From positions 1,412 to 65,411 of the forward strand of contig MWEF01000005.1 of the NCBI GenBank assembly GCA_002070905.1: 64,000 nucleotides of DNA, written 5' to 3'. Within the stretch, counting starts at the first letter, position 1; each line of letters starts with the position of its first letter. Positions 48,101-56,885 of the stretch are shown here, one piece after another. The notes beneath the pieces are model-generated. The model saw only the letters and a list, made by a program, of their open reading frames with translations. It had not been told where the DNA came from and ran no database searches. The position numbers and the translations under genes are program-made. The DNA comes from Tenericutes bacterium ADurb.Bin087. Lineage in GTDB: Bacteria > Bacillota_I > Bacilli_A > RFN20 > CAG-826.

Positions 48101-48573
48101 ATATCAGCGGGTTAGAAGCCTATATTCCTGACGACTTTGCGAGCAAATCAGAAAAATTCGACATTTATTTAGAAATTAAGAAAAGTAAGAAAATGAAGGA
48201 ATTAAAGGATTTTGAACAAAAAGTGATTGATATGTATGGCAAGCTTCCACAATCACTAGAAATACTCTTTTTAAAACGTCAAGTTGAACTAGTTGTAAAC
48301 AGTAGAGCGAACTTTATCGAAGAAATTAAAGACGAAGATGTGTATATTGACATACTTCCTGGTTCGGCGTTTTTAGATATTCAAGGTTCATTAGTGTCAC
48401 TAAACAATCAAATTGGTGACACCTATAGGAACATTCGTTTTATAACTCAAGATGGTAAAATTAAGTTAAGAATAATCAAAAGAGGAGATTGGTTTCATGC
48501 ATATGCCGCAATTGTGAAAGCAATTGTATCTATTGTTCGTGAAACAATGAGAGTTAGAGATGAGACTAGATAA
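45100..48573 (+). CDS. mfd: transcription-repair coupling factor
   Basis: 1157 aa with a UvrB-homology N-terminus, the RNAP-interacting CarD-like region (GDYVVHEYHGIGQF), and SF2 translocase motifs GDVGFGKTE, DEEQRFGV and SATPIPRT. The GTG start at 45100 overlaps the pth stop. Confidence 0.95.
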   Translation: MNNFFEKLFPKNTPPRFEKERVFVTSEIIGTTFLVAEAFKKKRDNYVILTNNLYNAQKTISMLQTFIDQEDILFFPNDDLLFTEVLTATKELEAQRIYTLYSSLEKKRKYIYVVNLSAALKPTLNPTYFAKQFIELKVGNTHKMSALTTKLVELGYKNVTNVEQTMQFAKRGDIIDIYTVNEDFPTRIEFFDDEIESIRDFNVSTQVSIRTRDEVIVLPASENILLPNEQKEFLKCIHDFLNSQKKEMSVTEEEMFTNNLNESITNYLAGDYNTLNKYLLLYSLFQYNILSYIDNPNVVFANEPQLLATYGIISNHAEHYVKDQARRFNLLPKTELYQQYNTLGNYTKYITREFSEDGNESVLRISPVADLRGRDDFNLIVRKYYDDDYLIYFSINNNTQLEQVKNLLKELALDFTLDERNNEKQILITYDYFPHGFVLNSCKTVVFTSRELFNITRNEMRYNARFKAGTVIRSHEQLTAGDYVVHEYHGIGQFMEIESLKVFGVVGDYIKIKYFGNEELSIPMDQIHLIRKYSGREGVAPRLHKIGSPVWQRTKVEISKKIENIAAELVAIQAVRYQRPGFAFPPDDEFQKEFELGFPYELTYDQEIALREIKQDMEAPLIMDRLLSGDVGFGKTEIALRAAFKAISAGKQVLFLCPTTLLARQHYEVSQERFMNFGVKIAMISRLVTQKEKETIIKNFQTGDIHLLIGTHALFNIDIESVDLGLLIVDEEQRFGVEQKEIIKKMKTRVDVLTLSATPIPRTLQMSLVGIRGLSQINTAPQERMPIQTYVIKRDDYVIKELVERELGRGGQVFYLYNRIATIYHVANKLSRLVPRAKIGVVHGKMDRNDIEDVMTSFYNNDINVLVATSIIENGIDVPNANVIIVENADTFGLSQLYQIKGRVGRGNRIAYAYLLYQGNKIMNDDAKKRLQAIQEFTDLGSGYKIAQRDLMIRGAGDILGAEQSGFIDSIGIDMYLKMLEDAINEKKYKLTSDPIEKTINISGLEAYIPDDFASKSEKFDIYLEIKKSKKMKELKDFEQKVIDMYGKLPQSLEILFLKRQVELVVNSRANFIEEIKDEDVYIDILPGSAFLDIQGSLVSLNNQIGDTYRNIRFITQDGKIKLRIIKRGDWFHAYAAIVKAIVSIVRETMRVRDETR

Positions 48574-48820
48574 ATTTCTAAAATTAACGAGATTAATTAA
48601 ACGAAGAACGGTCGCCAAAGACATAAGCAGCGCGGGAAAAGTGATTGTTGATAAACGGACCGTTAAACCATCATATGTTGTTAAGATTGATGATATTTTA
48701 GAACTTTATTTAGGGGCATATATTGTTGTTGTGAAAGTAAAATCAATTGATGAAAAAGAAATTCGTAGCAATCCAGAAGCGGGTTACGAGTTATTAAGTA
48801 GAAATAAAAATGCAAATTAA
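48560..48820 (+). CDS. rqcP: S4-domain RNA-binding protein YabO/RqcP (Hsp15-like)
   Basis: 86 aa reading MRLDKFLKLTRLIKRRTVAKDISSAGKVIVDKRTVKPSYVVKIDDILEL. Its position after mfd matches Bacillus yabO. Confidence 0.8.
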   Translation: MRLDKFLKLTRLIKRRTVAKDISSAGKVIVDKRTVKPSYVVKIDDILELYLGAYIVVVKVKSIDEKEIRSNPEAGYELLSRNKNAN

Positions 48821-50036
48821 CTTAAATCTAGAGCATAAATATTTATTAGCGTGCAGCTATGGCCCTGATTCTATGGCGCTTTTTTCGCTATTGTTAACTA
48901 ATGGTTATAACTTTGCGGTTGCCCACGTAAATTATGGGCTAAGGGGCGAAGAAAGCGAGAAAGAGACAGAAGATCTAACGCAATATTGTAAGAAACATAA
49001 TATTGCCTTTTTTATCAAGTGGGTAGACGGAAAAGCTATAAAAGGCAATTTTCAAAAAAGAGCAAGGGAAGAACGTTATAAATTTTTTGCAGAAATTGCT
49101 GATGAGTATAAATTTGATGCCCTCTTAACAGCGCACCACGGCGATGATGTAATTGAGACGTATTTGATGCAAAAAAATAGCAAGCGTGAAACATTGTACT
49201 TTGGAATTAGAAGTGAAATCACATTAAATAATCTTGCTGTTGTTCGTCCATTATTAAACTACTATAAAACAGATTTAGTTCATTATTGTAATAAAAATAA
49301 TGTTCCTTACGCCACTGACAGTTCTAATCTCGAACTAAAGTATACACGCAATAAGATTCGGCATAATTTTGTGAAAAAGATGACAAAAACAGAAAAAGAA
49401 AAAGTATTAAAAGAAATTAATGACCAAAATAAGGAATATTATTTACTAACAAAAAATCTTGAATCATTAATTGTTGGTAATGTAGTTTTAATCGCGGATT
49501 ACAAAAAGTTAAATAGAAAAGAAAAACAACACCTTGTGTATTTGCTATTTTTAAAAGAAGGGATTGCTAATTGGTTTAGCAAGGGAAGAAATAATTTAAT
49601 CAACGATATCATTTTAAGCACGAAAAAATCAACAATGATCAAGGTTTATAATACATTTTATTTAGTGAAATACGAAGACAAATTTGAATTTATTAACACT
49701 CAAAATTATGCGCCTTACAACTATATCGTTGATGCGCCAAAAACTATAAAAACCGCGCAATTTACGGCTAATCTATGCAAAAACGATGTAATTCCTAATA
49801 TTTCTGAGAGCGAATATCCTTTAACAATTGCGTCAAAAGGTGTCAATCAAAAATATAATATTAAAGGTTACGAAAAAACAATTAATCGTTTATTTATCGA
49901 CATGAAGATGCCGCGTCATTATCGCTTAATTTGGCCCATCGTCTCTAATAAGGATGGGAAAGTTATTTATGTTCCGCGTTATCGCGCTAACTATGTTCCG
50001 AAAGAAACAGATTTATTTAAAATTAATATTAAATAA
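48810..50036 (+). CDS. tilS: tRNA(Ile)-lysidine synthetase
   Basis: 408 aa with an N-terminal PP-loop ATPase domain (LLACSYGPDSMAL, a variant of SGGxDS), TAHHGDDVIETYLM, and a position directly upstream of ftsH. Confidence 0.85.
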   Translation: MQINLNLEHKYLLACSYGPDSMALFSLLLTNGYNFAVAHVNYGLRGEESEKETEDLTQYCKKHNIAFFIKWVDGKAIKGNFQKRAREERYKFFAEIADEYKFDALLTAHHGDDVIETYLMQKNSKRETLYFGIRSEITLNNLAVVRPLLNYYKTDLVHYCNKNNVPYATDSSNLELKYTRNKIRHNFVKKMTKTEKEKVLKEINDQNKEYYLLTKNLESLIVGNVVLIADYKKLNRKEKQHLVYLLFLKEGIANWFSKGRNNLINDIILSTKKSTMIKVYNTFYLVKYEDKFEFINTQNYAPYNYIVDAPKTIKTAQFTANLCKNDVIPNISESEYPLTIASKGVNQKYNIKGYEKTINRLFIDMKMPRHYRLIWPIVSNKDGKVIYVPRYRANYVPKETDLFKINIK

Positions 50037-50048
50037 AAACCGCAAAAG

Positions 50049-50077
50049 TTGAAATATATGATTATACTTTGTATAAT
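50049..50077 (+). promoter_or_regulatory. sigma-A-type promoter for ftsH (TTGAAA, 17 nt, TATAAT)
   Basis: TTGAAA lies at 50049-50054 and TATAAT at 50072-50077. The RBS AGGAGG precedes the ATG at 50140. Confidence 0.65.
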
Positions 50078-50139
50078 TACTTGCAGTGTTTATTTATCAT
50101 ATACACATTCGATTAACTTTTAACCCATAGGAGGTCTTA

Positions 50140-52128
50140 ATGAGCAATCCAAATCCACGTCCAAATCCTAGAAGCGCCCCGCCGCGTCGCTCGCTGCGGA
50201 CCCTTTTACCTTATTTACTTTTATTCGCTGTTATTGGTGTAGTTATTTGGTTAGCGTTCTTTACTGGAAACGCAAAAACTGAAACACTACTTCAAACCGA
50301 ACTTGCGGCTTATTTACAAACTAATGGTGGTTTAATTGATACAGTAACAGTCGTGACTACTGAAACGACAACAAAAATTACAGGTATTTTAACGGATGGA
50401 AGTAAATTTGTTGCTTTAGTGGATCGCACATTCTATGAAAATATCTTACAACCAACATTATTTGCTGCTGATGGAACAGCACTTGTTGACTTTAAAATTG
50501 TTATTGTTAATGCATATCAACGAACATTTTGGAATACAATAGGACCAAACTTAATATATCTCGTGTTAATTGTTGTGGCGATGCTCTTCTTATATTCACG
50601 GATGGCAGGCGCTGTTAGTAGTTCAAACACGAAAGCTATGAAATTCAACCGCTCACGCGCTCGTTTAGAAACAAAAGTTAAAAAGACTTTTGACGACGTC
50701 GCGGGTGCTGATGCGGAAAAACAAGAGATGATGGAAATTGTTGATTACTTGCGTAATCCGAAAAAATATACAAAATTTGGTGCTAAATTACCAAAAGGTG
50801 TGCTCCTTGTTGGGCCTCCAGGAACAGGAAAAACCCTTTTAGCAAAAGCAGTAGCGGGCGAGGCTAACGTCCCCTTTTACTCAATTTCGGGTTCTGATTT
50901 TGTTGAAATGTTTGTCGGTGTTGGTGCTGGACGAGTTCGTGACATGTTCCAACAAGCAAAGAAAACAGCACCCTGTTTAATCTTTATTGATGAATTAGAT
51001 GCTGTTGGTCGTCAACGTGGAGCGGGTCTAGGCGGCGGAAATGACGAACGCGAACAAACATTAAACCAACTCTTAATTGAGATGGATGGCTTTAGTGATA
51101 ACTCAGGCATTATTGTTCTAGCGGCCACAAACCGTGATGACGTGCTTGACCCCGCATTATTACGCGCTGGACGCTTTGATCGTAAAATTACAGTCAGTCT
51201 ACCTGACCGCGCTGGTAGAACAGCTATCTTTGGTGTTCATGCTCGCGGAAAGGTTATCGATGAATCAATTGACTTTGATGCTATTTCGCGCCGCACTGTC
51301 GGTTTTTCAGGCGCAGATATTGAAAGTGTATTAAACGATGCCGCTATTTTAGCGATTCGTGACAATGCTGAAAAAATTATGTTACGGCACATTGATGAAG
51401 CAATTGATCGCCGCATTGCTGGTCCTGCACGCACGAGCAGACAACTTAATGAACACGAACGTAAAGTGATTGCATATCACGAGGCTGGTCACGCTGTAAT
51501 TGGACTTAACCATCCATTTAGTGACAAGGTACAAAAAATTACAATTATTCCGCGCGGCCAAACCGGTGGTCATGTTCTTATGACTCCCAAAGAAGATCGT
51601 TTCTTACTAACCAAAAATCAATTAATTGCTCGTATCGTCGGCTATTTAGGCGGTCGCACAAGTGAAGAGATTTTCTTTGATGATGTTTCCACTGGTGCAC
51701 AAAACGATATTGAAGTTGCGACAAGAATTGCTCGACTGATGGTTACTGAATTTGGGATGAGTGATCTTGGACCAATTCAATATGAAAGAGATACGGGCAG
51801 TGTCTTCCTTGGTCGTGATTATACTTCAAGTCAAAAGAATTTCAGTCAACAAGTAGCACTTGAAATTGATAAGGAAGTAAGGAAAATCATTGAACAAGCT
51901 CACGATAAAGCCCGCGAGATTATTGAAGAACACAAGGATGATGTTATCCTTATTGCGGAAACATTATTAGACCGTGAAACAATTACCGCTGAACAAATTG
52001 ATCGGCTTTTAAAAGACCGAAAACTTGATGAACCGAAACAAGCAGCAATTGGTGAAGTTGTATTAACAGAGAAACCCAAAACTGAACCAAAACCAGCAGT
52101 TGAGCAGCCGGAAGACGATAAGAAGTAA
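50140..52128 (+). CDS. ftsH: ATP-dependent zinc metalloprotease FtsH
   Basis: 662 aa with two TM helices, AAA+ motifs [18 protein letters not shown] and [12 protein letters not shown], and the zinc motif HEAGHA. The N-terminal tail is Pro/Arg-rich. Confidence 0.97.
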   Translation: MSNPNPRPNPRSAPPRRSLRTLLPYLLLFAVIGVVIWLAFFTGNAKTETLLQTELAAYLQTNGGLIDTVTVVTTETTTKITGILTDGSKFVALVDRTFYENILQPTLFAADGTALVDFKIVIVNAYQRTFWNTIGPNLIYLVLIVVAMLFLYSRMAGAVSSSNTKAMKFNRSRARLETKVKKTFDDVAGADAEKQEMMEIVDYLRNPKKYTKFGAKLPKGVLLVGPPGTGKTLLAKAVAGEANVPFYSISGSDFVEMFVGVGAGRVRDMFQQAKKTAPCLIFIDELDAVGRQRGAGLGGGNDEREQTLNQLLIEMDGFSDNSGIIVLAATNRDDVLDPALLRAGRFDRKITVSLPDRAGRTAIFGVHARGKVIDESIDFDAISRRTVGFSGADIESVLNDAAILAIRDNAEKIMLRHIDEAIDRRIAGPARTSRQLNEHERKVIAYHEAGHAVIGLNHPFSDKVQKITIIPRGQTGGHVLMTPKEDRFLLTKNQLIARIVGYLGGRTSEEIFFDDVSTGAQNDIEVATRIARLMVTEFGMSDLGPIQYERDTGSVFLGRDYTSSQKNFSQQVALEIDKEVRKIIEQAHDKAREIIEEHKDDVILIAETLLDRETITAEQIDRLLKDRKLDEPKQAAIGEVVLTEKPKTEPKPAVEQPEDDKK

Positions 52129-52137
52129 TAAATCGAG

Positions 52138-52159
52138 AGCCGAAGCAATTCGGCTTTTT
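52138..52159 (+). terminator. rho-independent terminator after ftsH
   Basis: The stem AGCCGAA/UUCGGCU (7 bp) has loop GCAA and is followed by UUUUU. Confidence 0.75.
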
Positions 52160-52166
52160 AATAACA

Positions 52167-53147
52167 ATGTGGAAAATTGCAAATACTGAAATAAACGGAA
52201 AAACAATACTAGCACCGATGGCGGGCATCACAACTTTTGCCTATCGTGAATTTATGCGCTCCTTTGGTGTGGCGCTTTGCTATACCGAAATGATAAGCGA
52301 TAGCGGCCTTATTTTTAATAATGAAAAAACATATGAATACTTACCACGACGAGAGGAAAAACGACCAACAACAATTCAACTTTTCGGGGGCGAAAAAGAG
52401 AAGCTTTTAAGCGCTATTGAAAAGATTGAAAAATACACTGATAACTATGATTTTCTTGACTTAAATTTGGGTTGCCCAGTGCCTAAGGTAACACGAAATA
52501 ATGGCGGTTCTGCATGGTTAAAGCATCCAAATGAGCTAATTTCAATGGTCGAAGCCGTAGTCAAAGCAAGTACCAAACCTGTGACAGTAAAAATCAGAAT
52601 TGGTTGGGATGAAAAGCACATTAATTTTAAAGAATTATTACCCAAATTAGAAGCGGTGGGTGTCAGTCTAATCGCCATCCATTTGCGGACCACAAAACAA
52701 CTTTATGGTGGGAAAGCGCGATACGATTTAGCGTATAATATCCAAGATTTAGTAAGTATACCACTTGTCGTAAGTGGCGATATTTATTCACTTGACGATG
52801 CACTAAAAGCACTTGAAATAACTGGGGCGAAGGCGGTAATGTTAGCACGGGGTCAACTTGGGAATCCGTTTTTAGCAGCGCAAATTGAAACATACTTTAA
52901 AAATGGTGAAAGGCTACCTGATCCAACATTACATGAACAACTTGATTACTTGTGGACATTAGCGAACATGATGGTCAAAGAAAAAGGCGAGCACACGGGA
53001 ATTCTAGTGATGCGCGGTATTGCTCATCATTTTATAAAAGGATTCTCGTTTACTAAAACATTCAGAGTAAAATTAACTAAAATGTCAACTTTAGCTAATT
53101 TAGCGGCAATAATTAAGGAGATTAAGGACCAGGCTTTGCTTACATAA
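52167..53147 (+). CDS. dusB: tRNA-dihydrouridine synthase
   Basis: 326 aa with LAPMAGITTFAYREF, LNLGCPVPKV and VKIRIGWD, plus Bacillus-like dusB-lysS synteny. Confidence 0.9.
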   Translation: MWKIANTEINGKTILAPMAGITTFAYREFMRSFGVALCYTEMISDSGLIFNNEKTYEYLPRREEKRPTTIQLFGGEKEKLLSAIEKIEKYTDNYDFLDLNLGCPVPKVTRNNGGSAWLKHPNELISMVEAVVKASTKPVTVKIRIGWDEKHINFKELLPKLEAVGVSLIAIHLRTTKQLYGGKARYDLAYNIQDLVSIPLVVSGDIYSLDDALKALEITGAKAVMLARGQLGNPFLAAQIETYFKNGERLPDPTLHEQLDYLWTLANMMVKEKGEHTGILVMRGIAHHFIKGFSFTKTFRVKLTKMSTLANLAAIIKEIKDQALLT

Positions 53148-53188
53148 GCAAAAAGTGGTAAAATAACCACATCTAAAGGGAGTTATTT

Positions 53189-54673
53189 ATGGCAAGAGAA
53201 TTTAGTGATCAAGAATTAGTAAGACGCGCTAAAGCAGAAGAATTAAGTGCCCAAGGTATTGATCCGTTTGGAAAAAAGTTTGTACGCACCGATACGAGCA
53301 CTTCAATTAAAGAAAAAGCTGGTGAGTCTACTAAAGAAGAATTAGAAGAAAAGGCAATTAAAGTTAAAACCGCGGGTCGCATAATGTTAATGCGCATTAT
53401 GGGTAAAGCGAGTTTCTTCACAATTCAAGACCAAAACGGAAGAATTCAAGCCTTCATTAGTAAACAAGGTGTTGGCGATGATGCATATGAATTATTTAAA
53501 AGTGCGGATATTGGTGACATTGTTGGTGTTGAAGGCACAATTATGCGCACTAAAACTGGTGAAGTTACAGTCAAGGTTGAAGTTTATACCCATATTGTAA
53601 AAGCATTACGTCCACTTCCAGAGAAGTTCCATGGACTAACTGACGTTGAAGAGCGTTATCGTCGCCGTTATGTTGATTTAATCATGAATGAATCATCAAA
53701 AAATGTAGCGTTAACTCGTCCTAAAATAATTCGTGCGATTCAAAAATTCTTGGATGATCGTGGTTTTGTTGAAGTTGAGACAAGCATGTTAAATAGTGTG
53801 CTTGGTGGCGCTAGCGCTAAACCATTTATTACACATCACAACACGCTTAATCGTGACTTTTACCTGCGAATTGCCACGGAATTACCACTAAAACGCTTAT
53901 TAGTGGGTGGTATCGAAAGGGTTTATGAAATTGGTCGCCTCTTCCGTAATGAAGGCATGAGCACTCGTCATAATCCTGAATTTACAACTGTTGAAGCTTA
54001 CCAAGCTTACGCTGATTTAGAAGACATGTATGAATTATGTGAAAGTTTAGTAAGAGAACTCGCAATTAAAGTTACCGGCGGCACTAAATTATCATGGGGT
54101 GACGTCGTGATTGATGTTGGAAAACCATTTCGCCGTGTTGCGATGGTTGATTTAGTTAAAGAAAAAACAGGAGTTGACTTTCGACAAGTGTTATCGTTTG
54201 AGAAAGCAAAAGCTATCGCCGAAAAACATGAAATTAATGTTGAAAAACACTGGACTGGTGTTGGCCACATTTTAAATGCTTTCTTTGAAGAATTTTGTGA
54301 AGAAGATTTAATTCAACCAACATTTGTGTATGGTCATCCACTCGAAATTTCTCCACTAGCGAAAAAAAGCGAAGACCCACGTTACACTGAACGCTTTGAA
54401 TTATTTGTGAAAACAAACGAATTAGCGAATGCCTTTACTGAGTTAAATGATCCGCGCGATCAATATGAACGCTTTAAAGCCCAATTAAAGGCCAGAGAAT
54501 TAGGCGACGAAGAGGCTAGTGAAATGGATGAAGACTTCATCGAAGCCTTAGAATACGGAATGCCACCAGCGGGTGGTATCGGCATCGGTATTGACCGCTT
54601 AGTGATGTTTTTACTTAACCAAACATCAGTTCGGGAAGTTATTTTATTCCCAACGATGCGTGACAATAAATAA
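53189..54673 (+). CDS. lysS: lysyl-tRNA synthetase (class II)
   Basis: 494 aa with an OB anticodon-binding N-domain and class II motifs (RRYVDLI, FRNEGMSTRHNPEFT, GIGIGIDRLVM). Confidence 0.96.
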   Translation: MAREFSDQELVRRAKAEELSAQGIDPFGKKFVRTDTSTSIKEKAGESTKEELEEKAIKVKTAGRIMLMRIMGKASFFTIQDQNGRIQAFISKQGVGDDAYELFKSADIGDIVGVEGTIMRTKTGEVTVKVEVYTHIVKALRPLPEKFHGLTDVEERYRRRYVDLIMNESSKNVALTRPKIIRAIQKFLDDRGFVEVETSMLNSVLGGASAKPFITHHNTLNRDFYLRIATELPLKRLLVGGIERVYEIGRLFRNEGMSTRHNPEFTTVEAYQAYADLEDMYELCESLVRELAIKVTGGTKLSWGDVVIDVGKPFRRVAMVDLVKEKTGVDFRQVLSFEKAKAIAEKHEINVEKHWTGVGHILNAFFEEFCEEDLIQPTFVYGHPLEISPLAKKSEDPRYTERFELFVKTNELANAFTELNDPRDQYERFKAQLKARELGDEEASEMDEDFIEALEYGMPPAGGIGIGIDRLVMFLLNQTSVREVILFPTMRDNK

Positions 54674-54711
54674 AGTTTTATTGTAATTATTATTAGCGAA
54701 TAGGGTGATTC

Positions 54712-54740
54712 TTTACAAACGCTAGTAATTGTAATATAAT
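54712..54740 (+). promoter_or_regulatory. sigma-A-type promoter for rpsF-ssb-rpsR (TTTACA, 17 nt, TATAAT)
   Basis: TTTACA lies at 54712-54717 and TATAAT at 54735-54740. The -10 sits in the centre of the inverted repeat TTGTAAT-ATA-ATTACAA (54729-54745). Confidence 0.65.
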
Positions 54741-54775
54741 TACAACGCTATATTACTGCGTGTAATATACTCCAT

Positions 54776-54800
54776 GCTGTTGGAAAGCAACAGCCGAAAA
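54776..54800 (+). promoter_or_regulatory. candidate rpsF 5'-leader structure (S6:S18 autoregulatory type)
   Basis: The hairpin GCUGUUG-GAAAG-CAACAGC (54776-54794) is followed immediately by CCG and an A-run, about 25 nt before the RBS GGGAGG. A hairpin with a conserved CCG is the described S6:S18 binding mimic. This was not verified by a covariance model. Confidence 0.4.
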
Positions 54801-54821
54801 AGACCAAAGGGAGGTGTGCTT

Positions 54822-55109
54822 ATGAAAAAGTACGAAATCATGTATATTCTTCTTGCTGATTTAAGTGAAGAAGAACGTAAAGCCGAAATGGAAGGTCTCC
54901 ATCAAATTATTACCAATTTAGGCGGTAAAATTGTTGATGTTGATACCGAAAAATGGGGTTTACGTGATTTTGCGTATCCGATTAATGAATTACATAAAGG
55001 TTATTATGTAGTCGTTAATGTCGAAAGTGATGCTGCGGCAATCGCTGAATTCGAACGGTTATCAAAATTAAACAAAAATGTAATTCGTCATCTTGTTATC
55101 GCTAAATAA
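54822..55109 (+). CDS. rpsF: 30S ribosomal protein S6
   Basis: I prefer the start MKKYEIMYILLADL after AAAGGGAGG. The protein ends ...NVIRHLVIAK and has no acidic C-terminal tail. Confidence 0.93.
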   Translation: MKKYEIMYILLADLSEEERKAEMEGLHQIITNLGGKIVDVDTEKWGLRDFAYPINELHKGYYVVVNVESDAAAIAEFERLSKLNKNVIRHLVIAK

Positions 55110-55129
55110 TAAAAATAGGAGGAATAACA

Positions 55130-55543
55130 ATGATTAATCGAGTAGTTTTAGTGGGACGTCTTACCCACGACCCAGAATTACGTAAGACATCTTCTGGTGC
55201 ATCCGTTACCAACTTTAGTATCGCCATTAACAATCGGTTCTCGCGCGATCAAGAAAACAGTACAAGTTTCTTTAGAGTGTCGTGTTGGAATCAAACCGCT
55301 GATTTTGTCGCTCAATATGCGCGCAAAGGAAATTTAGTGGGGATTGATGGTCGTATTGAACAACGTTCTTACGTAAACAACGCCGGACAAAAAGTAAGTA
55401 CCGTCGATATTATCGCTGATTCGGTTCAATTACTTGAATCCAAATCAGAAACAAGCGATGGAACAGGTTATCAAAGCGATGCCGAACAAGCTCCTGACGT
55501 AGGAGTAGGAATCGACATATCTGATGATGATCTTCCATTCTAA
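55130..55543 (+). CDS. ssb: single-stranded DNA-binding protein
   Basis: 137 aa with the OB fold MINRVVLVGRLTHDPELRKT and the acidic C-terminal tip DDDLPF. Confidence 0.95.
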   Translation: MINRVVLVGRLTHDPELRKTSSGASVTNFSIAINNRFSRDQENSTSFFRVSCWNQTADFVAQYARKGNLVGIDGRIEQRSYVNNAGQKVSTVDIIADSVQLLESKSETSDGTGYQSDAEQAPDVGVGIDISDDDLPF

Positions 55544-55567
55544 ATTATTAAAGGAGATTAGTTTATT

Positions 55568-55795
55568 ATGTCATATCGTAAAAGTAGACCACGTCGTAAA
55601 GTTTGCTATTTCAAACAAAATAAAATTAATGAAATAGATTATAAAGATGTTGAACTTCTAAAGAGATTTGTTACTCCAAACGGAAAAATCACTCCGCGGA
55701 GAGTTACTGGAACCTCCGCAAAGTATCAACGTCAACTTGCGGTCGCAATTAAAAATGCACGCTTTATGGGATTACTTCCATATTACGTGAGCTAA
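55568..55795 (+). CDS. rpsR: 30S ribosomal protein S18
   Basis: 75 aa with RKVCYF...[49 protein letters not shown]. Confidence 0.95.
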   Translation: MSYRKSRPRRKVCYFKQNKINEIDYKDVELLKRFVTPNGKITPRRVTGTSAKYQRQLAVAIKNARFMGLLPYYVS

Positions 55796-55811
55796 GAAAA
55801 GAAGAATAAAA

Positions 55812-55840
55812 AGAGCCTCACTTTAGTGGGGTTCTTTATT
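55812..55840 (+). terminator. rho-independent terminator after rpsR
   Basis: A 10-bp stem AGAGCCUCAC/GUGGGGUUCU (two G-U pairs) has loop UUUA and is followed by UUUAUU. Confidence 0.7.
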
Positions 55841-55850
55841 ATAGTTAATT

Positions 55851-56816
55851 ATGAAAAACACAAAAGTATATTATTTAGAAATGTCCTTAGTTATTTTGAT
55901 TACACTAGGACTTTTTGCTTTTTCTAGCAATTTTTTCTTGCTCCATTATTTTGCAATTTTAGGTCCAGTACCCCTTGCTGTTTTTATTATTCGTAATAGA
56001 ATGAAAGACGGAATATTTCCTGCAATCTTGATGATACTAGTGGGAACAATTATTGGGTATTTTTTACCTGTAGGGCATGGCAGTCTTATGCGCGGCTTTC
56101 TATTTATGATTTACTCAATGTCAATTGGGTTTCTACATGGCGCTATTAACAAGACGAATATAAATCATTTAAAAGAAATATTAATTATTATCGGAGCAGA
56201 AATCTTCTTTGGTTTTTTATTAGTTGTTGTTTTCTATATTCAAAAAGATCCACACTTTGCTTATGATGTGGAATTTAATCATTTTTTAGAAGTATTTATC
56301 AATTTCTTCAAACTTGATAAAACATCAAATTACGCGCAAAATGTCGGAGTTATTATCAAAAATGGCGTTATTACCCACACAATTGTATTTAGTTTTATTA
56401 GTGTTTTAATGACGCATATTTTTATTCGTTTAACGCTTAAATATATTTGCCGTCAAAAAATGGAATATGGCCCTTTTCACGGATTAGAATTTTCAATTTC
56501 CAAAATATCGGCAAGTGCTTATATAGTAGGTATAGTTATTGTTGCCGTTTTATCCTTTTTGTTAACAAAAGAACTTAGCCAATTAGCGATTGCAATTATA
56601 AATGCTATTTTTACTGTTTTCTTTTCCGTAACAATTATATTTGTGTTCCAAGGTATTTTAGCGGTTAATTTGCGACTAGAGGCAAGGGGTTATAATAAGC
56701 TTAGTACACTCTTGTTTATAGTAGGAATTATCTTATTTCCACTATTTGCGGTTTTAGGAGCAATAAATTCACTGCTTGAGCAAAAAGAAAAAGTGGTTGT
56801 GGAATCGCAAAAATAA
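55851..56816 (+). CDS. polytopic membrane protein, YybS/DUF2232-like
   Basis: 321 aa with about 8-9 TM helices. Its position between rpsR and gdpP corresponds to yybS in Bacillus (yybS-yybT/gdpP-rplI-dnaC). The family assignment rests on synteny and topology only. Confidence 0.5.
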   Translation: MKNTKVYYLEMSLVILITLGLFAFSSNFFLLHYFAILGPVPLAVFIIRNRMKDGIFPAILMILVGTIIGYFLPVGHGSLMRGFLFMIYSMSIGFLHGAINKTNINHLKEILIIIGAEIFFGFLLVVVFYIQKDPHFAYDVEFNHFLEVFINFFKLDKTSNYAQNVGVIIKNGVITHTIVFSFISVLMTHIFIRLTLKYICRQKMEYGPFHGLEFSISKISASAYIVGIVIVAVLSFLLTKELSQLAIAIINAIFTVFFSVTIIFVFQGILAVNLRLEARGYNKLSTLLFIVGIILFPLFAVLGAINSLLEQKEKVVVESQK

Positions 56817-56885
56817 AGGGATTAATAAACAAATTGTTTATTCATTATGGTTTTTGTGCTAAATTGTATATATAGGAAATGAAAT

